IMG/VR virus record: IMGVR_UViG_3300025133_005699
Coordinates: 41,811 to 105,810 of that record
DNA from: a virus
Reading direction: 5' to 3' (one strand)
Length of the DNA stretch: 64,000 nucleotides
Made by a program: the position numbers and the translations under genes. Numbering within the stretch: the stretch's first letter is position 1; each line of letters opens with the position of its first letter. Below, one piece after another: positions 29,971 through 39,662 of this stretch. The notes under the pieces were generated by a model. That model had not been told where the DNA came from and did no database searches. It saw only the letters and a list, made by a program, of their open reading frames with translations.

Positions 29971-30893
29971 AGCTCTAGCACCGTTTTGAATTTCTCCAAT
30001 AGGAACTCTGGGTTAGCACAGTCGGGAATTTTGTTGTCTGGAAAACATGGCTGACTCTGAATCTCTTGGAACAGGTCAGGTTTATTATATATACCAAGAA
30101 CGGCCTCGTTTAGTTCATCTATATTGTTAAATCTTCTAGCATGAATGAAGGCGTCCTCATTAAATTCTTCACCCACATCTGGACAGCCCCAATATATTGG
30201 TATTACCCCTTTAGATAGTGGATGTATTAGTTTTTCAGTTATCCACCCGTCAGCCTCACCATTATCAAAACATAGGTTAAACTTAAAGTCATTAATATAC
30301 TCTAGCTTGTCTTTTTCATCTCCTCCTATAGAGGGCATATTTGTAAAGGCTCGACCTCTACTTTCTACCAAAAGGCCGTTCTCTACGCCGAACCCTATGA
30401 ACTCAGGGTACACTTCGGCTCTCAGCGCCATATCGTTATTTGTTAATACACAGCAGAACTTTTTCTTTTCCGTGTAGTCGGGAGGATTTAGCAACAACTC
30501 TGGTGAAACAAGAAAGGCTTGGTTCCTTCCTTGAACATATTGGTTTCCAAACCAGTCTACATACATAGCCCATAGTGGTATTCGCACGTTTCTATTATCG
30601 TCAAACTTGCAGGACGAAAAAGAGAAATCGCAGCTACTGTAGTCTGGGTCTCCCGTTCTATCAATTGACTCTACGAGCCAGTGGATAATCTTAGCTCGCC
30701 CCTTCATTCCATCCGTTAGGCTTGCTGCCGACGGAGACTGATGATCTGGCGGAGAGCTCTGGCAAACGATAATGTCTGGATTGTTTTCATCAACAATAAC
30801 ATTATATTCTAATGACAGAGTGTTGGTGATTATGTTGTCATGCTTAAAGAAGCCGCCCCACATGTTTTTAAAATCTATTTTTATCTGCTTCAT
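29967..30893 (-). CDS. GT10 alpha-1,3/4-fucosyltransferase-like
   Basis: FKFNLCFDN...GWITEKL...IPIYWG, the alpha-1,3-FucT motif. Confidence 0.8.
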   Translation of the reverse strand: MKQIKIDFKNMWGGFFKHDNIITNTLSLEYNVIVDENNPDIIVCQSSPPDHQSPSAASLTDGMKGRAKIIHWLVESIDRTGDPDYSSCDFSFSSCKFDDNRNVRIPLWAMYVDWFGNQYVQGRNQAFLVSPELLLNPPDYTEKKKFCCVLTNNDMALRAEVYPEFIGFGVENGLLVESRGRAFTNMPSIGGDEKDKLEYINDFKFNLCFDNGEADGWITEKLIHPLSKGVIPIYWGCPDVGEEFNEDAFIHARRFNNIDELNEAVLGIYNKPDLFQEIQSQPCFPDNKIPDCANPEFLLEKFKTVLEL

Positions 30894-31714
30894 TTTTCAA
30901 TCCTTTTAAACATATATTCCGCAAGCCTTTCTGGAGAACAAAAGTGTTCGTACCACAGCTTGGCGGCATTAGAATGGTATTCCAACACCTCTTCTTCTCT
31001 TCCTAAGATGAAGTCTACTGTTCTAGTCAGCTCTGCCCATCCAGCGTCCATTGGGAACGCCGGAGCTGCGTTATACATTGGGGTTTGTGGCATCCCCACA
31101 TTTATTACTATACACCCCGCGCACATAGCTTCAAAAAATCTAAAGCTTTCTTTGCTACCCGAGCCAATGGGTACCAACGCTATCTTGGTATCATTCATCA
31201 CATCGCAGTAGCTGTCTATAGCATCTCCGTTATTCCAGCCCTCATACCACAGGACATGACTATTGTAATTTGGTCGCTCGCCCTGTAATCTGTCTACAGC
31301 CTGTCTAAAGTTCACCCTAGTATAGGGATCAAACTGGCCCATCCAAGACCAGTCTTTTGTCCTTTTCGTTATTGGGATGTCTTGGTTGACAAACCCTTCG
31401 AGGCAACCTAAGGGCAATGGGCTAACTCTATTTATGTTCTTTACCGATGTCTGGTCTGTAGGTGTTCCCATAGGTGCGTACTGCTTGAATATGTGCACAT
31501 ACGAGTCATCCTGTGTTTGGTCAGGAACATTGTGTGCCTCATCTGATGTAGATATTAATATTTTTGGATACTTTGTTTCTTTCGGCATCTCATGATTCCA
31601 TACCTGCAAGATAAAAGAATAATCATTTTTCAGCTTCTTGGATAGTATCTCGACAGCCTCTTGATACACATAGCTGTCCGGATTTTGTTCAATAAGGTTA
31701 ATTATTTCAGACAT
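30890..31714 (-). CDS. Exostosin/GT47-like glycosyltransferase
   Basis: YCDVMNDTKIALVPIG...ESFRFFEAMCAGC motif. Confidence 0.65.
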   Translation of the reverse strand: MSEIINLIEQNPDSYVYQEAVEILSKKLKNDYSFILQVWNHEMPKETKYPKILISTSDEAHNVPDQTQDDSYVHIFKQYAPMGTPTDQTSVKNINRVSPLPLGCLEGFVNQDIPITKRTKDWSWMGQFDPYTRVNFRQAVDRLQGERPNYNSHVLWYEGWNNGDAIDSYCDVMNDTKIALVPIGSGSKESFRFFEAMCAGCIVINVGMPQTPMYNAAPAFPMDAGWAELTRTVDFILGREEEVLEYHSNAAKLWYEHFCSPERLAEYMFKRIEK

Positions 31715-32570
31715 CTATAAAACCCTCCAAGTTTTTACTATGTACATGTAGATTAAAAATTGGGTGTTTCATTCCATCTGACCCAATGGCATATGGCTTA
31801 TCTGTAAACTCTGCCCCTATTTTATTATTTCTAAGTAGCGCGCCTATCATATGTTTAGGGTCTGTAAACCCAGATTCATGCCCGTTATTTGTACCTCCTA
31901 AGTATTGGCCATAGGAGCCGGGATCAAACACGAAGTCCTTTTCTCCAATTTCAGGTACCGTCTTGAAGGCTTCAAACATCTCACACTTGTGAGCCACATG
32001 CAGGAGCGACATTTCGCTTACGTGATCAAATCCAAACTTGTTTATCAGTACCTGCTCCCCAAGAGCCAGCACCTCGTTTAAAAACTTGCATAGATAAACA
32101 ATGAGTACAGGCATTGGAACGTGGACAAAAGCAAACGTAACTTGATCGACTGACATTGGTGTAAGGCTTATCCTGTTAGACTGTGGAACGCCCTCAAGGT
32201 CGTGATATAAAAGAACATCATTTTCAAAGTGAAAGACATCGTACAGTCTATTCTTGTCTATATACTCACTGAGATAGTATATTCTTTCACAGGTTCTATG
32301 CCAGAACAGCTCAGGGCTAGGGTGGGTCGTGTTAGGCGTTCCGTGTCTTTTAAACCAGCACAGGTTGTTAAATTCTTTAAGGGTGGTGCCATCCTTTAGT
32401 GAGTCCTGAGGAACCCAGTTTACATCAATATCTTTAAAAAATGGCTGGTCATCTTTACATATAAAATCTATAGTAACGTCAGGATTTGTCTTGCGAGCTT
32501 GCGCTAGTGAAATTTGTGTATATGCCGGTAACTCTCCGCCATCTGAAATAAATGTATTAACTATTCTCAT
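31707..32570 (-). CDS. Putative GT-A fold glycosyltransferase
   Basis: FHFENDVLLY acidic motif, FDPGSYGQYLGG, NLHVHSK. Lies in the glycan island. Likely start MRIVN (32570). Confidence 0.5.
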   Translation of the reverse strand: MRIVNTFISDGGELPAYTQISLAQARKTNPDVTIDFICKDDQPFFKDIDVNWVPQDSLKDGTTLKEFNNLCWFKRHGTPNTTHPSPELFWHRTCERIYYLSEYIDKNRLYDVFHFENDVLLYHDLEGVPQSNRISLTPMSVDQVTFAFVHVPMPVLIVYLCKFLNEVLALGEQVLINKFGFDHVSEMSLLHVAHKCEMFEAFKTVPEIGEKDFVFDPGSYGQYLGGTNNGHESGFTDPKHMIGALLRNNKIGAEFTDKPYAIGSDGMKHPIFNLHVHSKNLEGFIDV

Positions 32571-33342
32571 TCTGAAATATACCCCTCTCTTTATCCCCTG
32601 AGTGTTCAAGCTTCCCGCCAATAGCCTCCACATACCAGCTGTGTTTTAATATCCATCGCATATCGTTCTCTTTTTCTGTTTTGTCGGTAGCTTTCAAATG
32701 CTGTATAGCTTTAGAAAATATTTTATACTCATTATTAGCATATTTAAACTGTAGACTGTTCTTTTCGATCTCTTCGTTGGCTATAAAAATCGCATCTACT
32801 CCCGACGCCGCCACTAAAGTGTACCCCATCCAGTTCAATAGATCTTTTGCTGCCGTTATGCTGCAACCATAGCGGCTGTCGCCAGACCAGACCCAATCTT
32901 TTCGGTGGATTTGTATTATAGTGCGAGGAGGAGGGATTTCCGGATTAAACTCTATGGATACCACTCTAGGTTTAAATTTTTCCAAATCCACGCTTCCAGC
33001 TACCCAGAAATCCTCTCCATCAATATCTATGGATAAAAAATCAAATACTCTCGGAACCTTGTACTTTTCTAGCAGCTCATTTATGTTTTCTGCGGAAACA
33101 AACTCATTTTTTAGATCATAAATAGCCTCTGGGTTTTCTGTGCCGTCCATTAGTAAGCCGTCAAACCCTAGAGTTTTTCTTAGGTAGATAGAGTTACCCC
33201 GTCCTGTATCTGTGCCATTTGATCCAAACTCAACAAAATACTTGTTGGTAACACCTATTAGTTCAAAAATTTTCTCCAAAATACCATCTTGGTAAAATTG
33301 TGAAAAAACACGCTTCTCAAAATTAAATAAATTTATTTCCAT
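32557..33342 (-). CDS. FkbM-like SAM-dependent methyltransferase
   Basis: FSQ..QDG, FVEFG, FDFLSIDIDGED, PRVVSIEFN motifs. Confidence 0.7.
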   Translation of the reverse strand: MEINLFNFEKRVFSQFYQDGILEKIFELIGVTNKYFVEFGSNGTDTGRGNSIYLRKTLGFDGLLMDGTENPEAIYDLKNEFVSAENINELLEKYKVPRVFDFLSIDIDGEDFWVAGSVDLEKFKPRVVSIEFNPEIPPPRTIIQIHRKDWVWSGDSRYGCSITAAKDLLNWMGYTLVAASGVDAIFIANEEIEKNSLQFKYANNEYKIFSKAIQHLKATDKTEKENDMRWILKHSWYVEAIGGKLEHSGDKERGIFQNENS

Positions 33343-33343
33343 G

Positions 33344-34066
33344 CTATGTCCAACTATGAATTGTAAAAAGGTCTACGTCTTCAGTTCTATTTTCGTCAAC
33401 TATTTGTTTTATCTCTTCTCCAGACCAAGGTTCGTTACTGTACCTTCCGTACATTTTGGTTTTAGTGAGCTGTGAGCCATAAAGATTCGGGTGGTTTTTT
33501 GTGATATAATTACCATAGGTCTCAAATTCTGACAGGAGGCAGTCATCAGACATAAGTGCATTAATAGCAAGAACCAAATGATCTTTGTTTGGTATCATTT
33601 CTGCGCATATATTTTTATCAAAAACCATGAAGTCGTTAATAAATGTATGGTCAACCTGCCTGCTTAACCCAAAATAAAGCTCCATAAATTTAAAGTATGG
33701 CTCATGGTGTTGATCTCTATCGCTAACAAAAAAGTTTGGTTTGCCGTCTTTAAATATATCAATAGGCCTGTTGAATATGAGGTCAGAATCTACACATAGA
33801 TAAAGGTCGTTTTCCGTAAAGTCTTGAAATAGTTTGACAAGCTGTTGGTATATCCAGTTAGACCGCCTGTATTTTATAGTGGCTTTATTTATTTGGACTG
33901 CATCTTCGTCCTTGATGCCCGTAGCAATACTTCCCCCCAGACCATCTGGAGTTATTACATATATGTTTTCTGGTGATGGGTTAAGATGCTCTAAGCATGA
34001 ATTCAAACAGAACTGTAGCTTTACATAATCTTTAGGGTGTGATGGTATTATAAGATCGTATTTCAT
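33344..34066 (-). CDS. GT-A-like protein (DUF6492-like)
   Basis: HPKD, WIYQQLVKL, YLCVDSD (DxD), SEFETYGNY motifs. Confidence 0.6.
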   Translation of the reverse strand: MKYDLIIPSHPKDYVKLQFCLNSCLEHLNPSPENIYVITPDGLGGSIATGIKDEDAVQINKATIKYRRSNWIYQQLVKLFQDFTENDLYLCVDSDLIFNRPIDIFKDGKPNFFVSDRDQHHEPYFKFMELYFGLSRQVDHTFINDFMVFDKNICAEMIPNKDHLVLAINALMSDDCLLSEFETYGNYITKNHPNLYGSQLTKTKMYGRYSNEPWSGEEIKQIVDENRTEDVDLFTIHSWT

Positions 34067-34947
34067 TCTAGCCCCTTCATTATATCTATTTCTGTGTGCG
34101 GACAGTCAATATCTCCGAAGTTTATCTTGTCAAGATTTAACCTTCTTCCTTTTTGGAATTGCTCATTGAGCTCATAGGGTACTAATGGATAGACAGACCC
34201 GCTAAGGTTCTCTATGTGGGAACTCTGCACCCTGTTGTTAGGCGAGTTCACAACACAGCTATATGTTGGTGCCGCCATGAACGCTGGAACCTCAAAGTGA
34301 AACCGTTGCAGTTTAGACTCAAATTCGTTGGGGGTGTCCCGCCATCTTGCGCTGTTATGTTCGTGGTATTCGCTTTGATGTAGAAGCTCATTACAGATTG
34401 GCGCGATGGCTTCTTTTTTAAATATATGACCGTCTACAGATAGCGCATAAGACCAGTACCCGCAGGGTGTAACCGTCATTCTATTCCATGCTATAAATCG
34501 GTGGCCGTCTTTCGCCCTTTCTACTACTTCAAAAGCTTCTTTAGGTAGGGCATCTACACCTGTTACTCCATCAAGTTCTCGCTGTGTAGTATTGACCCCC
34601 ATTCTAAGAGAGAGGCAACAAATATCTTCGCCAAACAATAAATTCATCTCATCGTAAGTAAAAGATATTTTTTTGTAAAAAATATTATCGTCTGTAAAAA
34701 AGACTATATAGTTATCTTCGCTTTCCGATACTAGGAGGCTGATATCTTGGAAAATAGAATTGCCCTGCTTATGAAACACAACGTCAGGATATTCGTTTTG
34801 AAGAGTTTTATAAGAACCGGCACACCCTGTAGTTTCCTTGTATAAAACCAAAATGTTGTTTTGGGCAAAGAAATTTTTACATATACTTTTAAGCGCAAGG
34901 TCTAATTGAAGTGGACGATCTTTACTAAATACTATCGAGGTAAGCAT
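34063..34947 (-). CDS. Putative GT-A glycosyltransferase
   Basis: IVFSKDRPLQL, FFTDD, LSLRMG, YALSVDGHIF, PNEFE motifs. Confidence 0.6.
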   Translation of the reverse strand: MLTSIVFSKDRPLQLDLALKSICKNFFAQNNILVLYKETTGCAGSYKTLQNEYPDVVFHKQGNSIFQDISLLVSESEDNYIVFFTDDNIFYKKISFTYDEMNLLFGEDICCLSLRMGVNTTQRELDGVTGVDALPKEAFEVVERAKDGHRFIAWNRMTVTPCGYWSYALSVDGHIFKKEAIAPICNELLHQSEYHEHNSARWRDTPNEFESKLQRFHFEVPAFMAAPTYSCVVNSPNNRVQSSHIENLSGSVYPLVPYELNEQFQKGRRLNLDKINFGDIDCPHTEIDIMKGLE

Positions 34948-35911
34948 CAAACTCCTCTACATTGGCGTTAAACCATTCTATAGTTTTCTCTAGCCCCTCA
35001 TATAGGCCCACGGTGGGTTTGTATCCAAGCCATTCTTTTGCGCGACTAATATCTAAGCACCTTCTAGGCTGACCATCAGGGTATTCAGAGTTAAATCTTA
35101 TTTTACCGTCATAACCCATAATTTCAGCAATAGAAAGGGCTAGATGTTTTATCATCACCTCTCCCCCTGTCCCAATGTTAATAGGTTCTGCGGATACGTC
35201 TTTCTCTAAAGATAGCCTAATAGCTTCTGCACAGTCATCTATATAGAGAAACTCTCGGCTTGCCTTGCCCGTTCCCCAAATCTCCACAGCGTCTTCTTTT
35301 TTGTAAAAGCTTTTATTGTCTTTAACGTCACGCATTGCCTTATGAAACTTAAGTATTAGGGCGGGTATAACGTGACTACTAGCAGGATTAAAGTTATCTT
35401 CCGGCCCGTACATGTTTACCGGAATCAGATTAACACCATTGAAATCATACTGCTCTTTGTATGACATTATTAACTGCATCAGGCTTTTCTTTGCCACGCC
35501 ATAAGGCGCGTTTGTTTCTTCTGGGTATCCGCTCCATATATCTTCCTCTTTAAATGGGACGGGAGTAAACTTTGGGTATGAACATACCGTTCCAACCATG
35601 ATAAACTTCTTAACAGAGCGTAGCTTTCTGCACGCTTCAATTAGGTTGGCCCCCATGATGAGGTTATTGTACATATATAGTCCCGGATTTGCTTTATTGG
35701 CTCCAATTCCCCCAACGGTAGCTGCTAGATGAACAACAGCAACGGGCTCAGCATACCTTAATAAGTCATCGACCTCTGATGTTATTGTTAAATCATAGCT
35801 ACTACCTACAGCAATAACGTTTTTATATCCGTTTTCTCTAAGGTTTCGATACACGGCTTTACCTAAAAACCCAGTACCTCCAGTAACTAAAACTGATTTT
35901 TTCTTAAACAT
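34925..35911 (-). CDS. fcl: GDP-L-fucose synthase / GDP-colitose synthase (Fcl/ColC family)
   Basis: GGTGFLG, HLAATVGGIGAN, YGVAK (YxxxK), NMYGPEDNF...SHVIPALI, WGTGKASREFLY, PDGQPRR. Confidence 0.9.
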   Translation of the reverse strand: MFKKKSVLVTGGTGFLGKAVYRNLRENGYKNVIAVGSSYDLTITSEVDDLLRYAEPVAVVHLAATVGGIGANKANPGLYMYNNLIMGANLIEACRKLRSVKKFIMVGTVCSYPKFTPVPFKEEDIWSGYPEETNAPYGVAKKSLMQLIMSYKEQYDFNGVNLIPVNMYGPEDNFNPASSHVIPALILKFHKAMRDVKDNKSFYKKEDAVEIWGTGKASREFLYIDDCAEAIRLSLEKDVSAEPINIGTGGEVMIKHLALSIAEIMGYDGKIRFNSEYPDGQPRRCLDISRAKEWLGYKPTVGLYEGLEKTIEWFNANVEEFDAYLDSI

Positions 35912-36950
35912 CTATATGCTCCTTTGCTTGATTCCAACCTTTTATAATGTCTTGGGCTTCTTGCTCGCAGCCAAAATAGCTTAATATTTGAGCAATTCGA
36001 TGAAAGTTCGTATGGTTATCCAAGATGAATTGCCTTCCTGTGGTTGCAATTTCTTTTCTCTCGTCATCATGAGATAGATAATAATCAATCTTCTCTTTAA
36101 AGTCGTCTGGCGAATCAGCAAAAACAACCCCGTTACCGTTGAAGATTTTACTTATCCCCTCTATATTATCAGAGATACAGAACCCTCCGGCACATAATAT
36201 CTTGAAGCACCTCTCATTAATATCAAACCCAAACTCGTGAGCGTGGGGCTCGCTTAGGTTTGGGCAAATTTTTGCAGAGACAAATAAGTCTTTGGCCTTT
36301 TCGTCTGCTAAATATCCGCAATATTGGTTGGCATTGGGCCAAGGTTGATTTCCAAATATTTTGACGTTATATTTATCAATGGGGTGTAGCAGGGGGGTAA
36401 GATACCTATCTATAATGATACCTTTATATGGCCAGTAACCACCAAGAAAGCCTATATCGCAAGAAAGACCTTCGTCAAACGTTGGAGTAACATACTCATG
36501 TACATTTGCACACATTATGAGTGATTTAGCATCAACACCTATCGATTTGAACTTTGAGTGTGTTTGGTCTACAGCGCACTGGTCGTAATGGATATGTACA
36601 AAGTCTGGCTTGCCCGTCTCATCTTTAAGTTTCTTTAGTATATCTTTTTCTTTCTCTGAGGAATACAGGACATTAAATCTAGGGTCTGCCTCAAAGTCTC
36701 CCCAATCTCCGGCTCTTAGCCCGACTTTTAAGTGAGGTCTTTCGTATATACATTTAATTAGTGGTGAGTCTAAGTTATAAGACTGCCCTAAGAAGATATC
36801 TGGCTCGAAAGTATCAAACGCATCAAAAGCTGAAACTTCTTTGCAATGCCAAAAAGAGGCCTCAATGCCACACTCATTGAAAGCCCTTAACCAAGACTGT
36901 CTCTGGAAGTAGTGGGCGTGGAGTCCGTCACTAGCAATTAAAATTTTCAT
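35904..36950 (-). CDS. CgeB-like GT-B glycosyltransferase
   Basis: DIGFLGG, INERCFKI..AGGFCISD, ERKEIA..GRQFILDNHT motifs. Confidence 0.7.
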   Translation of the reverse strand: MKILIASDGLHAHYFQRQSWLRAFNECGIEASFWHCKEVSAFDAFDTFEPDIFLGQSYNLDSPLIKCIYERPHLKVGLRAGDWGDFEADPRFNVLYSSEKEKDILKKLKDETGKPDFVHIHYDQCAVDQTHSKFKSIGVDAKSLIMCANVHEYVTPTFDEGLSCDIGFLGGYWPYKGIIIDRYLTPLLHPIDKYNVKIFGNQPWPNANQYCGYLADEKAKDLFVSAKICPNLSEPHAHEFGFDINERCFKILCAGGFCISDNIEGISKIFNGNGVVFADSPDDFKEKIDYYLSHDDERKEIATTGRQFILDNHTNFHRIAQILSYFGCEQEAQDIIKGWNQAKEHIDV

Positions 36951-37641
36951 TCTTTATATCCTTCATACAGTCTATTTCAACGATAGACATACTGTCTGGT
37001 TCGTAAACTTTTATAGTTCCACCTCTACTTATTATAGAGTTAATAACCTCAAAAGCCAACAGTGTTTTTGTTTCGTTGGCTGCTTTTGAGCAAATTTGCC
37101 GCAGTATAGCAAACTCTTTTCCTGTCAAGAAAGCGATCTGGCACCACTTGGTGTCTAGCCCGTAAGATAATATGCTCGCTTTGTTATTAACAACGGTAAC
37201 TCCAACCTCTTTCTCTCTCATCTTATTCTTATTGTCTACGACAATGAATGACTTAGAAAAGTCTGCTGAGTTGATGGTTTTAATATCAAAATATAAATCC
37301 CCATGAAAGAACAAAACACTATTACTGGTTATATTGTTTACTATTAGCCTTAGAGTTTCAAAAGGCCCAGTCGTATCATGTAATTGGTTTTCTACAAACC
37401 TGACTTCGCCGGGGAATTTTTTAAGTATTCTATTTGCTTCTACCCCTATACCAACCACAATCTCGGGCTCGTGAAAAATCGAATTCACTGTGTCTAGCTG
37501 GTGTTGCAATAAAAACTTTGGCCCAACCTTAAGTAAGGCTCTAGGCTCATGGGACTTTATCCTGCTACCTGTTCCGGCAGATAAAATGCCGACGCTGGTA
37601 TCAAGAGGTTCCTTCTTTATTTTTTGTGTAAATCTACTCAT
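36931..37641 (-). CDS. Nucleotidyltransferase (LicC/sugar-phosphate NTP transferase family)
   Basis: LSAGTGSRI...PRALL, FHGDLYF, EIDC motifs. Confidence 0.7.
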   Translation of the reverse strand: MSRFTQKIKKEPLDTSVGILSAGTGSRIKSHEPRALLKVGPKFLLQHQLDTVNSIFHEPEIVVGIGVEANRILKKFPGEVRFVENQLHDTTGPFETLRLIVNNITSNSVLFFHGDLYFDIKTINSADFSKSFIVVDNKNKMREKEVGVTVVNNKASILSYGLDTKWCQIAFLTGKEFAILRQICSKAANETKTLLAFEVINSIISRGGTIKVYEPDSMSIVEIDCMKDIKNENFNC

Positions 37642-38437
37642 CTCTAGAGTTTATTTTCTCCATATTGTCTGCAAATATACTTTGCGTCATTCTCATAGAT
37701 TGATTCTGTCCTGTTTCTCTAACAAAAGATAAGGGTTGTGGGACATGAACCATCATGCAAACTCTTGAGAGCCTAAGCCACAAGTCGTAATCTTCTGTGC
37801 ATCCAATAAAGCCCTGAGATGCTGGGCCATGTAAATTACTATCATAAAATTCCTTTTTTTCTGGTAGCAGTATTGCCTGTAAAAATCTTTTCTTTATAAC
37901 CCCAGCACTATGAACTATACACTGTTCGTGTAGTCCCCTTAGAGAGTATGGGTGTTTATACTCATATTTTTTATAATCATTACCATTATAAGTTTTATGT
38001 ATAATATAGTCAGAATATGTAACCCCAAAATCCTCGTGCTCCATCAGCTTTTCAACCTGTATAGATATTTTATTGTGAGCATACATATCATCGGCATCTA
38101 ATATAGCAAAAACATCAGCCCATTCCCAAGCCTCCCAGATGGCCACGTTTCTTGCCGTGCTGGCTCCAGAATTATTAATCCTAAAAGCTGTCAGTCCATC
38201 CATCTCTCTATACTCAATTGGGCCATCGTAGTAAGGGGTATGCAAGACCTTTTTTGACATTGAGCTTGCGGTAAATGGAGATATCTTTTCCCAAGAATCG
38301 TCAGAAGAGCCGTCGTCTACAACAAAAACTCTTAGCTCTCCTTTGTAGTCTTGATCTAAAGCGCTATGTATAGCCTCCAAAACAAATTCTCCATAATTGT
38401 AGTTGCTTATTATGACAGCGACCTTAGGCAGTACCAT
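37634..38437 (-). CDS. Glycosyltransferase family 2
   Basis: VIISNYNYG, VVDDGSSD, ARN, LDADD, EDYDLWLR. Likely start MVLPK (38437). Confidence 0.9.
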   Translation of the reverse strand: MVLPKVAVIISNYNYGEFVLEAIHSALDQDYKGELRVFVVDDGSSDDSWEKISPFTASSMSKKVLHTPYYDGPIEYREMDGLTAFRINNSGASTARNVAIWEAWEWADVFAILDADDMYAHNKISIQVEKLMEHEDFGVTYSDYIIHKTYNGNDYKKYEYKHPYSLRGLHEQCIVHSAGVIKKRFLQAILLPEKKEFYDSNLHGPASQGFIGCTEDYDLWLRLSRVCMMVHVPQPLSFVRETGQNQSMRMTQSIFADNMEKINSRDE

Positions 38438-39233
38438 TAATGAACTCCTCCCACTCACAAATACAGTCTGGGTTCTCAGAAACCATAAGCTCAACCTTTT
38501 CAATAAAGTTGATTCTAACCTTTTCTTTAGTCTTCGGGTCTACCACATCTTTATCCCCGTGGAGGAATTTATATATAGCAGTCTGAAAAATCATACCGTT
38601 CATTTTTTTGTATGGTTTAATCAGAGCGAGCCGCTTCATGTCGATATTCATTCTATTGTCTATTTTTTCAAACAGGTTTTCTGGAACATCTTCACCAGAA
38701 GTTGTCACAAAAATCCAACCATTCTTAGCGTGTCTAAACGCTTCACCTATCATAAACAAATCCATCTGACCGACGAGACTCAATACAATATGGTATTCTG
38801 TTTCTTCAAAGTCAAACTCGCTGGCAAGCAGTGCTTGTATCTCCTCATTATATTCAACATTAGCGTTGATAACCACTATGTAGCGAGGAGTACCTCTTGT
38901 TTGGCTCTTTATCTGCGCAACCGTATGACGAAGATCTATCATGGCGTTTTTAGATCTAGTGTCTAAAAATACAAAAATTCCAATACGAGGAAAAACCTCT
39001 CTAAGGACCGTTTGTTTTAAATTCTTCTTCTCTTCTTTAGACAAAACCTTCTTCCATTCTTTGGGTCTATAGGTATTACAAAATCTACTAAAAAGAAAAT
39101 CAAACTTACCGTCTTCAGTTTTTCCAGTTTTTTCTGGGTTCAGCAGTTCTATCCTATTTAACTTGCACCCGGTTTGCTTTTTATTTCTATATTCAGCAAA
39201 TACGCAACCCTTGCAGTGTGTTTCAATTTGCAT
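38424..39233 (-). CDS. Hypothetical protein (N-terminal Cys cluster, possible degenerate GT-A domain)
   Basis: CKGC..C..C N-terminus. Overlap-coupled within the glycan island. Confidence 0.5.
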   Translation of the reverse strand: MQIETHCKGCVFAEYRNKKQTGCKLNRIELLNPEKTGKTEDGKFDFLFSRFCNTYRPKEWKKVLSKEEKKNLKQTVLREVFPRIGIFVFLDTRSKNAMIDLRHTVAQIKSQTRGTPRYIVVINANVEYNEEIQALLASEFDFEETEYHIVLSLVGQMDLFMIGEAFRHAKNGWIFVTTSGEDVPENLFEKIDNRMNIDMKRLALIKPYKKMNGMIFQTAIYKFLHGDKDVVDPKTKEKVRINFIEKVELMVSENPDCICEWEEFINGTA

Positions 39234-39660
39234 TATTGTTTCTCCTTGCTGTTATAACTACTTGCATTGTTTCATTATTGATGAACTGTTCTTCTATCGT
39301 TAGCCCCATTTGCTTCAGGCTTTCTCCTAATGTTTCTGCATTCAGGACGGAGGCTATCGAGCTAGATGTATCAAACAATAAGTCATTTATATCCTGAACA
39401 TCCATTCCCATCTTGTTGTAATGGTGACATATGATATCTATATCTTTTTCATAGATAATTATTCTGCCGTTAATCCTAAGCTTTGACACAATCTTACTCA
39501 ATACAGATCCAAGCTCAGAACGTGGAAAAGAGGTGAGCATTGAGTCTATGATGATTTCTGTGGACTCTGAATCATCAACAAAAAGATCAATTGATGATAT
39601 ATCGCTCACCCATATATGATTTGACTCAGAGGGTTTTCTATTAGACAATATAATTTTCAT
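39223..39660 (-). CDS. Hypothetical protein, methyltransferase-like fragment
   Basis: LSKIVSKLRINGRIII resembles a class I MTase strand. No clear SAM-binding motif I. Confidence 0.4.
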   Translation of the reverse strand: MKIILSNRKPSESNHIWVSDISSIDLFVDDSESTEIIIDSMLTSFPRSELGSVLSKIVSKLRINGRIIIYEKDIDIICHHYNKMGMDVQDINDLLFDTSSSIASVLNAETLGESLKQMGLTIEEQFINNETMQVVITARRNNNAN

Positions 39661-39662
39661 GT

